A DNA stretch of 29,892 nucleotides from Clostridia bacterium (lineage in GTDB: Bacteria; Bacillota; Clostridia; Christensenellales; CAG-138), in NCBI GenBank assembly GCA_017435185.1, contig JAFSFN010000012.1, positions 1 through 29,892 of the forward strand. The letters run 5' to 3'. Shown piece by piece: positions 1 to 9,072 of this stretch. The notes under the pieces were generated by a model. That model worked only from the letters and a program-made list of their open reading frames with translations. It ran no database searches and was not told the DNA's origin. The number at the start of each line of letters is the position of its first letter. Position 1 is the stretch's first letter. A program made the translations under genes and the position numbers.

Positions 1-870
1 ATAAAACAAGGGCGTGCACCCCACGCCTGCTTTATTGCGTGTCCCGACATATCAAAGAGCTACGCAATCGCCAGATCTGCCGCAGCTCTTTTTTGTGCAG
101 GCAGTATCAATACTGCCGTTCTTGAAAACTGCCCCGATTTTTTTGAAGCTGAAAGCAATCCATATAAAATCTCATCCATAAGAGAAATTTCTGACACGCT
201 TGCAAAGCGTGCTTATTCAGAACAATACGGTCGTGCCGTTATTTTCAAAGATGCCGATAAAATGGACGAACGTTGTCAGAACGCTCTTTTGAAAACGCTT
301 GAAGAGCCGCCTGCAAAAACGCTTTTTCTTCTAACCGGCAATGAATCAGGGCTTTTGCCGACGATACGCTCACGCTGTGCAATTGTACGCACAGGTTCTC
401 CTCTTGCCGATGACACCGAAACTTCTCTTCGTGCGCTTGGCGCACTTCCCTCAGAAGCAATGTTGTATACCTCTTTGGGTGAAGGAATATCGGAAAGGGC
501 GGTAAAACTCTTTTCAGATGAAGATTTTAAGGCGCTCAGAGATAATTCGATATCGGCACTGATATCCCTCCTTGAGGGCGAACTGCCTTTTAATTCGGTC
601 AAATCACTTACTGAAAACAAAGCTGCTCCGGACTGCGTAACGTTCATGCTCTCATTTATGCGTGATATGCTTTTGTACAAACATGGCATGGATATAGCCT
701 GCAACACAGACAAAATATCGACAATAGCCTCACTCTGCTCACGCTTTACAATCGGAAAAATAAACTGTATTATAGAAATACTTACGGAAGCTAAGTCAAG
801 ATTGGCGATAAATACACCGCAAGCACTCGTGCTTGACCGTGTGTTCGCCTGTATCTCGGAGGAAATATGA
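1..870 (+). CDS. holB: DNA polymerase III delta' subunit (5'-truncated by the window edge)
   Basis: Frame 1 is open from base 1 (IKQGRAPHACFI...DADKMDERCQNALLKTLEEPP...LLPTIRSRC). It carries the clamp-loader NALLKTLEEPP and TIRSRC motifs and overlaps a PSP1 gene (ATGA), the usual holB-yaaT synteny. The track start at 262 is an internal Met. Confidence 0.9.
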   Translation: MKQGRAPHACFIACPDISKSYAIARSAAALFCAGSINTAVLENCPDFFEAESNPYKISSIREISDTLAKRAYSEQYGRAVIFKDADKMDERCQNALLKTLEEPPAKTLFLLTGNESGLLPTIRSRCAIVRTGSPLADDTETSLRALGALPSEAMLYTSLGEGISERAVKLFSDEDFKALRDNSISALISLLEGELPFNSVKSLTENKAAPDCVTFMLSFMRDMLLYKHGMDIACNTDKISTIASLCSRFTIGKINCIIEILTEAKSRLAINTPQALVLDRVFACISEEI

Positions 871-1778
871 AAACAGTTATAGACGTAAAATTCAAAAATT
901 GCGATAAGGCATACTTTTTTGACCCCGGCGAACTTGAAGTCAACACAGGTGACGGCGTAATCGTCGAAACAGCAAGGGGAATAGAATTCGGCGATGTATC
1001 TTTAGGCAATCATCAAGTCAATGAAGAACAAATAACAACACCGCTTAAGGGCATTATACGCATAGCAACTCAGCAGGACAAAGAAATGCGCGCCTCTTAT
1101 GCGGCAAAGGAAAAAGATGCATATAAGGTATGCATGGAAAAAATACTTTCTCATAAACTCGACATGAAACTCGTTGATGTTGAATACTCATTCAACGGTT
1201 CAAAAATAGTCTTCTACTTCACAGCCGATGGCCGTGTGGATTTCAGAGAGCTCGTTAAAGACCTTGCGGGAATTTTCAAAACGCGCATCGAACTCAGGCA
1301 GATAGGTGTGCGTGACGAAGCAAAGCTGCTCGGCGGTCTCGGTTCCTGCGGCAGACCCGTATGCTGTCAGGCATTTCTGGATTCTTTCCAGCCCGTTTCA
1401 ATAAAGATGGCAAAAGAACAAAACCTTTCCCTTTCGCCTACAAAGATATCGGGAATATGCGGCAGACTCATGTGCTGTCTCAAATATGAACAGGATTGTT
1501 ATGAAACCATGCGCAAGCAGATGCCGCGTGTCGGAAAAGAAGTCATTACCGAAGATGGCGAAGGCGTGATACTTGAAAACAATGTTATAACCGAACGCAC
1601 AAAAGTTAAGGTCATGCTTCCCGACGGTTCGTACGATATAAAGAATTATCCTTTCCGTGAACTCAAGTTAAAACATGGCAGTCATCACAACAATAAACAC
1701 GATGTCGAAGAAGAACAGGCTCAAGATCAGCAGGAAAACGATGAATTTTCCGATGAAGAGCTCAGTTATGATGAATAA
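867..1778 (+). CDS. ricT: PSP1-domain protein RicT/YaaT (stage 0 sporulation family)
   Basis: FYFTADGRVDFRELVKDLA, RIELRQIGVRDEAK, CGRPVCC, KISGICGRLMCCLKYE motifs; directly downstream of holB. Confidence 0.92.
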   Translation: MKTVIDVKFKNCDKAYFFDPGELEVNTGDGVIVETARGIEFGDVSLGNHQVNEEQITTPLKGIIRIATQQDKEMRASYAAKEKDAYKVCMEKILSHKLDMKLVDVEYSFNGSKIVFYFTADGRVDFRELVKDLAGIFKTRIELRQIGVRDEAKLLGGLGSCGRPVCCQAFLDSFQPVSIKMAKEQNLSLSPTKISGICGRLMCCLKYEQDCYETMRKQMPRVGKEVITEDGEGVILENNVITERTKVKVMLPDGSYDIKNYPFRELKLKHGSHHNNKHDVEEEQAQDQQENDEFSDEELSYDE

Positions 1779-1781
1779 CAC

Positions 1782-2013
<232 letters not shown>

Positions 2014-2030
2014 TTATTTTTGGCAGACCG

Positions 2031-2065
2031 GGGAGGTACTGATGTGCCTCCCCATTATTTTGTTT
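2031..2065 (+). terminator. intrinsic terminator after ferredoxin
   Basis: GGGAGGTAC-tgat-GTGCCTCCC stem followed by a T-rich tract. Confidence 0.7.
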
Positions 2066-2093
2066 ATATCTTTATATCCGAGGTCTTTTTTTA

Positions 2094-3473
2094 ATGGAAA
2101 CAAAAAACTTATCAGAAAACCGCATGGGTACGGCAAAAATACCGTCACTCATACTTAAAATGTCATTTCCAATGATGCTGTCAATGCTTGCAATGGCACT
2201 TTACAATGTAGTTGACAGCGTATTCGTATCACAGGTAAGCGAAAATTCACTCACCGCCGTTACGCTCGCATTCCCGTTTCAAATGCTTATAGTTTCAGTT
2301 GGCGTAGGTACGGGTGTCGGTATAAATTCACTTGTTGCACGCCGTCTTGGCGAAAAGCGTCAGGAAGAAGCGGAAAACGTGGCAATGAACGGTCAATTCA
2401 TCACCGTAATAAGTGCTTTTATATTCACACTTATTTTTGCTTTTTTCACACCAAATCTTATCGGATTTTTTGATCCCGATCCTGAAACATTTGAACTTTC
2501 AGTAAGCTATCTGAGTATCTGCGGCACACTTTGCGCATTCACAATGATAGATGCAGCATCGCATAAAACGCTTCAGGCAACCGGTGACATGATACACCCC
2601 ATGATAGTTCAGCTTGCCGGTGCACTTACAAATATAGTTCTTGATCCAATACTCATATTCGGCTATCTCGGCTTCAAACCAATGGGTGTTGCAGGTGCGG
2701 CTTGGGCGACGGTTGCAGGCCAGTTTGTAAGCATGGTATTGGCAGTCTACTTCCTCTACCGCAAGAAAAATACTCTTTTGCGTATGCGTTTTAAGGGTTT
2801 CAAACCCAATCTTTCAATCATAAAGGAAATATATGCGGTAGGTCTTCCCTCCATAGTAATGCAGGCAATAGGCTCTGTTACCACATTCGGACTTAATGCA
2901 ATACTTATTAACTTCTCGAATACGGCAGTCAACGTTCTCGGCGTTTACTTCAAACTTCAGTCATTCGTATTCATGCCCGTGTTCGGTCTTAACAGCGGCG
3001 CAATGCCTGTTATGGGCTATAACTATGGTGCAAAGAACAAAACAAGGCTCATGGATGCACTTAAATACAGTCTTTTGTATGCACTGATAATAATGTGTAT
3101 AGGCACTGCAATATTCCAGCTCTTACCCCAATTTCTTCTCTCAATATTCAATCCCTCACCGGATATGATAGAAATGGGCGTTGCTGCATTCCGCTCCATA
3201 AGCCTTTGCTTCCCCCTTGCAGCGGGCGGCATAATGCTTTCAACTCTTTTCCAGGCAATAGGACGAGGCGTGTTGAGTCTTATAATCTCGCTGTGCCGTC
3301 AGCTCATACTCATACTTCCCGTTGCATATCTGCTTTCGGTAGTATTGAGCTTTGGCCCCAACGGCGTATGGTATTCATACCCCATAGCAGAATGTGCCGC
3401 ACTTATCCTGTCGATATTGTTTACAGTAAGCACATATAACTCAAGAATAAAATATCTCTCCCCCGATATGTAA
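2094..3473 (+). CDS. MATE family efflux transporter
   Basis: 459 aa, highly hydrophobic; ALYNVVDSVFV, NIVLDPILIFG..GVAGAAWATVAGQ and GYNYGAKN motifs of the MATE family. Confidence 0.93.
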   Translation: METKNLSENRMGTAKIPSLILKMSFPMMLSMLAMALYNVVDSVFVSQVSENSLTAVTLAFPFQMLIVSVGVGTGVGINSLVARRLGEKRQEEAENVAMNGQFITVISAFIFTLIFAFFTPNLIGFFDPDPETFELSVSYLSICGTLCAFTMIDAASHKTLQATGDMIHPMIVQLAGALTNIVLDPILIFGYLGFKPMGVAGAAWATVAGQFVSMVLAVYFLYRKKNTLLRMRFKGFKPNLSIIKEIYAVGLPSIVMQAIGSVTTFGLNAILINFSNTAVNVLGVYFKLQSFVFMPVFGLNSGAMPVMGYNYGAKNKTRLMDALKYSLLYALIIMCIGTAIFQLLPQFLLSIFNPSPDMIEMGVAAFRSISLCFPLAAGGIMLSTLFQAIGRGVLSLIISLCRQLILILPVAYLLSVVLSFGPNGVWYSYPIAECAALILSILFTVSTYNSRIKYLSPDM

Positions 3474-3531
3474 ATCAACCGTTTATTGCATCCGATTTCA
3501 CATTTATGCCTAAAATGCCGCATAAAAAACA

Positions 3532-3561
3532 TTGCCGAAATGATGTGTCTCGGGTTATAAT
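3532..3561 (+). promoter_or_regulatory. candidate sigma-A promoter for the P-loop protein gene
   Basis: TTGCCG-18 nt-TATAAT. Confidence 0.5.
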
Positions 3562-3585
3562 GAATACAAGAAAAAAAGGATAGGG

Positions 3586-4005
3586 GTGGTTACCATTATT
3601 CGTATAATAGCAGGTGAAAAAGGCACCGGTAAAACAAAGCGCATTCTTGATCTGGCAAACGAAACTTCTTTAAGCGCAAAAGGCAGCGTTCTTTTCATAG
3701 ACGATAATCAGCAGTATATGTTCGAGCTCAAACGCAGCATCAGATTCATAGACGCTTCAGAGTATCATATAGATGGTCCCAAGATGTTCTTCGGTTTCCT
3801 ATCAGGCTTGGCCGCACAGGATTTTGACCTCGAATACATCTTCATAGACGGTTTTGCAAAAATAGTTCATCACGAACTCAATACTTTAGAAGCTCTTTTT
3901 AACAGTCTTGAAGAATTTGCCGCAAGTCGCAATATCAATCTCATATTCAGCATAAACTACGGCGAGGAAGGTCTTCCCGAATTCATAAAAAAATACGCAG
4001 AGTAA
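3586..4005 (+). CDS. small conserved clostridial P-loop (RecA/KaiC-like) protein of unknown function; start at GTG 3586 or possibly ATT 3595
   Basis: N-terminal Walker A GEKGTGKT and Walker-B-like YIFIDG; 139 aa. Confidence 0.8.
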   Translation: MVTIIRIIAGEKGTGKTKRILDLANETSLSAKGSVLFIDDNQQYMFELKRSIRFIDASEYHIDGPKMFFGFLSGLAAQDFDLEYIFIDGFAKIVHHELNTLEALFNSLEEFAASRNINLIFSINYGEEGLPEFIKKYAE

Positions 4006-4010
4006 ACTTC

Positions 4011-4039
4011 AGTGGCATTGAGTTTTATTCAATGCCGCT
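4011..4039 (+). terminator. hairpin after the P-loop protein gene, probable terminator
   Basis: AGTGGCATTGA-gttttat-TCAATGCCGCT inverted repeat 5 nt after the stop; T-tract is weak. Confidence 0.55.
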
Positions 4040-4169
4040 TGCTGTTTAAGCCGTAACTTATAATGAAAAGTTAATAAACTTGCCACCATATCCGCACTTC
4101 CGCCGTCAAGCATAAAAACATCTTATACGGAAAGAGCAAGAATTAAAATAATATATCTTTTTTGTATGC

Positions 4170-4195
4170 AAAAAGCTCCATTCAATGGAGCTTTT
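4170..4195 (-). terminator. intrinsic terminator of the MocR regulator (potentially bidirectional)
   Basis: AAAAGCTCCAT-tca-ATGGAGCTTTT perfect inverted repeat ~40 nt past the stop at 4234. Confidence 0.75.
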
Positions 4196-4233
4196 ACATT
4201 AATATGTCCCGAAAGGGTATATATAACAGAAAG

Positions 4234-5298
4234 TCACCTTGTAACTTTCTGCCTGTGCCTCATTCTGTTAAGATGTCGTTCAAAGCTGCCGCTTGAAATA
4301 AATTCCGCAAGCACATATTGGTCAAGCACTGGCACCGTGCACGAATACAATTTCATTTTTTCATTGTATCGTTCCAATAGGCTTTCAGGCAGTATCATAT
4401 AGCCCATACGCATCGACGGCGAAAGACTTTTTGAAAAAGTATTCATGTATATCACCGAATCATTCTTGTCCAAAAAATAGAGTGATTCTATCGGATGACC
4501 GGGCATAAAAAACTCGCTGTCGAAGTCATCCTCCACGATATACCGCTCGCCTTTTTGTGCCCATTTAAGATACTCATACCGTTTTGAAACAGTTGCCGTA
4601 ACGCCTGTAGGATAGCTGTGAAACGGCGTTACATGCAGTATATCTATATCGCTTTTTTGGAGCGCATCACTTTTTATACCATCATCTCCCATTTCCAGTT
4701 TCAGAATATTTGCTCCGCAGTCGTTGTAAACCGTTTCTATTTGTGAATATGACGGATATTCTATGCCGTACTTTTTATCGGCGCCCAATATTCTCACTAC
4801 AGTCTCATAAAGCTGTTCCGATCCCGAACCGATTATTATACGCTCAGGCTGTGCATACATTCCCCTATATCTGAGAAGATATTTCGCAATGGCATTTCTG
4901 AGTACGGCACAACCCTCATTGGGAGATTTAACAAACAGCCGTTCGCCATTATCTGCAATAACTTTCCTTATAGTTTTGAACCACACAGAATACTCAAAAT
5001 CATGACCTGCGCTCCTTTGTTCTTCGTCTTTCAAAAGCTCTATTTTGTAGGACGGAAGCACATTGGAAGCATCGAACAATCCCTCTATATCGTTCACAAA
5101 AAAGCCACTGCGTTCCTTTGATGTTATGTACCCTTCATCTATCAAACTGCGATATGCCGCTTCGACCGTTATCGTACTGCAACCGCTTTTATCCGCCATA
5201 ACACGCTTTGACGGCAGTTTTTCATTTGCCTTATACTCGCCGTTCAATATCTTTGATTTTATTTCCTTATATAGCTTGTAATACTTTTTTTCGCTCAT
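4234..5298 (-). CDS. GntR/MocR (PdxR-like) PLP-binding transcriptional regulator, compact 354 aa form
   Basis: N-terminal wHTH (EKLPSKR..TVEAAY..L..EGYI..KERSG) plus aminotransferase-like domain (IVEDDFDSEF, YMNTFSKSLSPSMRMGY with the PLP lysine); divergent from pdxK. Confidence 0.9.
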   Translation of the reverse strand: MSEKKYYKLYKEIKSKILNGEYKANEKLPSKRVMADKSGCSTITVEAAYRSLIDEGYITSKERSGFFVNDIEGLFDASNVLPSYKIELLKDEEQRSAGHDFEYSVWFKTIRKVIADNGERLFVKSPNEGCAVLRNAIAKYLLRYRGMYAQPERIIIGSGSEQLYETVVRILGADKKYGIEYPSYSQIETVYNDCGANILKLEMGDDGIKSDALQKSDIDILHVTPFHSYPTGVTATVSKRYEYLKWAQKGERYIVEDDFDSEFFMPGHPIESLYFLDKNDSVIYMNTFSKSLSPSMRMGYMILPESLLERYNEKMKLYSCTVPVLDQYVLAEFISSGSFERHLNRMRHRQKVTR

Positions 5299-5309
5299 CT
5301 GGTTATATA

Positions 5310-5366
5310 AAATACTTCCTTTTTGGCTATTTTTATATCATCAAATACTTATTATAATATCATCAA
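5310..5366. promoter_or_regulatory. phased direct repeats in the pdxR/pdxK divergent intergenic region, candidate MocR operator
   Basis: ATATCATCAA at 5335-5344 and 5357-5366; AAATACTT at 5310-5317 and 5343-5350; TATAAT at 5353-5358 without a consensus -35. Confidence 0.4.
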
Positions 5367-5402
5367 TCATATTTGCAAAGCATTTTTTAGGAGAATCATA
5401 AC

Positions 5403-6236
5403 ATGAGTTATAAAAGGATTTTAACTATACAGGATATCTCATGCGTGGGCCAATGCTCACTCACCGTTGCTCTGCCAATAATTTCAGCTTGCGGCGTTGA
5501 GTGCTGTGTTCTTCCATCGGCTGTACTCTCAACGCACACGGCAGGTTTTGACGGTTATACATTCCGTGACCTTACTGACGATATGCCTCTTATAAATGAA
5601 CACTGGAAAAAAGAAGGCATACAGTTTGATGCCGTATACACAGGTTATCTTGGCAGTACAAAACAGATACAATATGTTATGGACATATTCAATTCTGCCG
5701 CAAAAGCAGGCAGTTTCAAAATAGTTGACCCTGCAATGGCAGACAACGGCAAGCTCTATCCTGGTTTTGACGCAGAATTCGTATCGGCAATGAAAAAGCT
5801 GTGCGGCAAAGCCGATTATGTAGTTCCCAACATAACCGAGGCCTGCTTCCTCACAAATACCGAATACAGAACAGAATATGACGAAGAATATATAAACGAG
5901 CTTATCGCAAAGCTCATTTCTCTGGGCAGTAAAAATGTAGTGCTCACCGGCGTGAGCTATGCTCCCTCCAAAACAGGCGTAATAGTTTATGACGGCGAGA
6001 CCAAGCAATACTATGAACACGAACTGCTCAAAAACAGCTGTCACGGCACAGGCGATGTATATGCTTCGTCATTCGTCGGCGCACTTGTAAACGGGCACAG
6101 TGCCTACAACTCCGCAAAAATCGCCGCAGACTACACCGTTGAGTGTATCAAGGAAACCGCAAAGCTCGACAATCACTGGTATGGAGCAGCATTTGAAAAA
6201 GCACTGCCAAAACTTATAAAACTTATAAACGCATAA
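5403..6236 (+). CDS. pdxK: pyridoxal/pyridoxamine kinase
   Basis: QDISCVGQCSL, AVLSTHT, DAVYTGYLGS, VDPAMADNG, PNITEA, HGTGDVYAS (PfkB anion hole); AGGAG RBS. Confidence 0.93.
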   Translation: MSYKRILTIQDISCVGQCSLTVALPIISACGVECCVLPSAVLSTHTAGFDGYTFRDLTDDMPLINEHWKKEGIQFDAVYTGYLGSTKQIQYVMDIFNSAAKAGSFKIVDPAMADNGKLYPGFDAEFVSAMKKLCGKADYVVPNITEACFLTNTEYRTEYDEEYINELIAKLISLGSKNVVLTGVSYAPSKTGVIVYDGETKQYYEHELLKNSCHGTGDVYASSFVGALVNGHSAYNSAKIAADYTVECIKETAKLDNHWYGAAFEKALPKLIKLINA

Positions 6237-6237
6237 C

Positions 6238-6275
6238 AAAAAAAGCGACTGCCATTAATGTGCAGCCGCTTTTTT
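6238..6275. terminator. bidirectional terminator between convergent pdxK and mal
   Basis: AAAAAAAGCGACTGC-loop-GCAGCCGCTTTTTT, with A/T tracts on both sides. Confidence 0.8.
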
Positions 6276-6290
6276 GTTATTAACTTATTA

Positions 6291-7535
6291 TTACTGTCTT
6301 GCTTTTCTAAGAGCAAGTATTCTCTGCATCTCATTGTATACGAGCATGAATCCTTCATCAACACCCATACCGGGTTTTGCCAGTATCTGGTCGGGCTTTG
6401 TAGCCATTGCGATATTAACGCAGACATGGCACGAACGGTCTGTCTCGTTGCAAGTACCGCCCTGATATGCGCCAACGCCCTTTTCTTTGCAGTAGAGAAC
6501 TGCTTCTGCGATGTTGTTTACGCCGCCGAGATCGGGAGTTTTGATTTGGAGCATATGACCTGCCTTATTATCGGCAAAGTACTTGATATCTTCGAGAGTG
6601 TTGCACCATTCGTCTGCAACTATCTCAACACCGATGCCGCGCTCGTCAACGAGCTTTGTGAGTTCACGCAATGCTATCATCTGAAGCTCTCTGTCCTCTG
6701 TGTCCATGGGACCTTCGATGCGGAGCTTGAACGGACTTGCAGCATCAGCGAGCTTCGCAAGATAATCAGCCATTGCTTCGTAATTGTTGTTTCCGAATAC
6801 TGCGCCTATTGTGCCGTAAACATCAATGTGAAGCACGGGTGCGTAGCTTTCATCTTTTCTGAGCTCAATTATACGATTTCTGAGCCATGTAACATAATCA
6901 ACGAGCAATTCGCCGTTTTCACCGAGCTTTGTCTTTACATTGTTTATAAGAGCGTGCGGAAGAACATCTGCACCCTTAATTATCATCTTGTCGGAGTTTG
7001 TATAGCGATCATCACCGGACTGTGTAAATACGGGTATCATCTTATCGGAAACTGTTGTACCGTATTCATCGGCTATAACTTCGCACATGAGCTTGTGCTG
7101 TGACTTTGCGACTGCATCAAGAACAGCCTGTGTTACACCATAGCGGATAGCTGTATGGAGCTTTTTGCCCTTGTACTCAATGCTCTCTATCATAGCGGCT
7201 GTTTCACGGAAGTTTTCCATTTCCATGCCAACGAGTCTGGGCTTGATATATTCTTCTATAACAGGAATGAAGTCCTTTGCCAAGAAGAGCGGGTCACGTC
7301 CGCCTGCACCGCTGTACTGAACAGCCGCACAGTCGCCGTAAGCTATCTGACCGTCTTCAAGTATAAGCATTACGGAGATAGATTCGCCGCTCTGGCGAAC
7401 AGCACTGAAGCCCTCTGTGACAGGTGCGCCTATATATGCTGCACCGTCGGCCTTTGCGCCCTGCTTAATGGCACGCTGATCATCAAAGTAGAAGCCTGTT
7501 CTTCCCTCAGAACAAATCACATCAATGATTTTCAT
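6291..7535 (-). CDS. mal: 3-methylaspartate ammonia-lyase (414 aa)
   Basis: MKIIDVICSEGRTGFYFDDQRAIK, GDCAAVQYSGAGGRDPLF, QSGDDRY, LPHALINNV, LHIDVYGTIG, ADEWCNT, QIKTPDLGG, GGTCNETD. Start reset to ATG 7535, which has a GAGGT RBS. Confidence 0.97.
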   Translation of the reverse strand: MKIIDVICSEGRTGFYFDDQRAIKQGAKADGAAYIGAPVTEGFSAVRQSGESISVMLILEDGQIAYGDCAAVQYSGAGGRDPLFLAKDFIPVIEEYIKPRLVGMEMENFRETAAMIESIEYKGKKLHTAIRYGVTQAVLDAVAKSQHKLMCEVIADEYGTTVSDKMIPVFTQSGDDRYTNSDKMIIKGADVLPHALINNVKTKLGENGELLVDYVTWLRNRIIELRKDESYAPVLHIDVYGTIGAVFGNNNYEAMADYLAKLADAASPFKLRIEGPMDTEDRELQMIALRELTKLVDERGIGVEIVADEWCNTLEDIKYFADNKAGHMLQIKTPDLGGVNNIAEAVLYCKEKGVGAYQGGTCNETDRSCHVCVNIAMATKPDQILAKPGMGVDEGFMLVYNEMQRILALRKARQ

Positions 7536-7572
7536 TTTGAATTTTACCTCTTTATTTTTTATAAATTTATTA

Positions 7573-7611
7573 TCGGAAGTGCACCAACTCATATGATGGA
7601 TGCACTTCCGA
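7573..7611 (-). other. intra-operon stem-loop between glmE and mal, lacking a downstream U-tract
   Basis: TCGGAAGTGCA (7573-7583) / TGCACTTCCGA (7601-7611) perfect 11-bp arms. Confidence 0.8.
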
Positions 7612-7618
7612 AAAAGTC

Positions 7619-9070
7619 TTATCTGTTGGGGCGTCCTACGAGTCTGCCCTTGCTTATTGCATAAACATCGTCTATTACCATCTGGAACGAAGCCATACGC
7701 TTTTCTGCCTTTGCACGTTCTTCAATCTTTGCCTTATTGAAGTCAATAAGATCCTGCGTGAAAGGAAGCGCGCCGATGTTGAGCATACGGATAGCACCGT
7801 CATTGTCACGAGCAGGAAGCATCTTGCCGGAGTTGAAACGGCTGGGTGCAAACGGAACATCTATAACACCTGCTTCTACCGCGCGTACAGTACCGACTGC
7901 TATATCACCATTACCGAGTTCAAAGCACTTGTCGAGTATGCAGCGTGTTTCTGCCGCAATAATCTCTTTCTCAACCTTGAGAACGCTTTCGGGCAATCTC
8001 TGGTCTCTGAGCATGGAGATGACCTGTTTTGTACAACGCAGACCTTGTGCATTTGCTTCCATTGTGGGAACGCCCATTGCTTCATGCGGGGTCTTTACGA
8101 TGACCTTTGTTGCATGAGCTATGGCTGCCGCCGCACTGCCCCATGAAATTACGCCGAATGCCTTTGCTTCATCCTGCGGGAAACCACCCATCCACTGATG
8201 GAATACAGTTGTTGTGATAACATCGTTATAGCCGTTTTCTTTAAGATAAGCGTCTGTGAGCTCCTGCAAAACTTCTATTGCAGCTACATCCTGTATAAGG
8301 TTGCCGCACTGACCGTAACCGACAGTGATGTTCTTAACGCCCTGCTCTGCGGCAAGAAGTGTTTCGATTATAGCTACTGCGTGCGATACGCAGGGAGGTA
8401 CCAATGTGCCTGTAAGCGGACCGTAGGGCTCTCTGTTGATGGAAACGCCCGCTTCTTCGTACATGCCTGTAAGCCTGTCCACATACTGCCAGTCTTCAAT
8501 GGTCTTTTCCAAGGGAACATTCTTTGCATAAGGAATGTTGTATGAGATACCGCCGCCTTCATAGCTTGTGAAGCCGCCTGCATATGCAATTTCAGTAAGC
8601 AAGCGTGCGTCAGGTGTACCATGACGAACCTGAACGGGAGTATCAAGGCTGTTTATGATGTTGCGGCAGCCCTGAACACCATGGTTAACTGCCGGGAAGC
8701 CGTTAAGCATGGACTTGCCGGTCTTAACAGATTCCGCAATACCGACATCAGCCTCATTATAGCGATTCTGACGAGTATAACTGTCTATAGTCGTGGGAAG
8801 CAAATCTGCTTCACCGTTATCCTGCAAATATGTGAGGAGTTTGATGTGCTCAGGAATGAGCGCAACGCCTGCACGAGGCTGGATAAGAGTATTACCCTGC
8901 TCCTTTGCGTTCTTCAATTTGAGCGAAAAGATTTTCTTTTCAGGCATGGACTTGTGGAATTCCACAGCTTCTTCAAAGTTAACATCCTTACCTGTGTGCC
9001 ACTGGTTCAATACTTCCGAGCGTATACGATTGAAATCGCCGTCGGATATTCGCTTGTTGCTGATAGCCAT
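7619..9070 (-). CDS. glmE: B12-dependent glutamate (methylaspartate) mutase, E/epsilon subunit
   Basis: 483 aa; [83 protein letters not shown]. Confidence 0.97.
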   Translation of the reverse strand: MAISNKRISDGDFNRIRSEVLNQWHTGKDVNFEEAVEFHKSMPEKKIFSLKLKNAKEQGNTLIQPRAGVALIPEHIKLLTYLQDNGEADLLPTTIDSYTRQNRYNEADVGIAESVKTGKSMLNGFPAVNHGVQGCRNIINSLDTPVQVRHGTPDARLLTEIAYAGGFTSYEGGGISYNIPYAKNVPLEKTIEDWQYVDRLTGMYEEAGVSINREPYGPLTGTLVPPCVSHAVAIIETLLAAEQGVKNITVGYGQCGNLIQDVAAIEVLQELTDAYLKENGYNDVITTTVFHQWMGGFPQDEAKAFGVISWGSAAAAIAHATKVIVKTPHEAMGVPTMEANAQGLRCTKQVISMLRDQRLPESVLKVEKEIIAAETRCILDKCFELGNGDIAVGTVRAVEAGVIDVPFAPSRFNSGKMLPARDNDGAIRMLNIGALPFTQDLIDFNKAKIEERAKAEKRMASFQMVIDDVYAISKGRLVGRPNR

Positions 9071-9072
9071 AA

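Noticed and set aside
3586-4005. 'Twitching motility PilT' label often given to this family
   Set aside because: Far too short for a PilT ATPase and there are no pilus genes nearby.
4040-4170. Possible small ORF or sRNA between two hairpins
   Set aside because: Short ORFs (16 and 34 aa, minus strand) lack an RBS and no well-spaced promoter was found; unsupported.
4100-4233. Frameshifted C-terminal remainder of the MocR regulator
   Set aside because: A terminator follows the TGA within 40 nt and no aminotransferase-like sequence is seen in other frames.
6258-7103. 281-aa plus-strand ORF
   Set aside because: Antisense shadow of mal; no RBS or recognisable motifs.
7536-7592. 19-aa N-terminal extension of mal in the ORF track
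   Set aside because: It runs through the stem-loop and RBS; the family start MKI.DV has a good SD at 7535.
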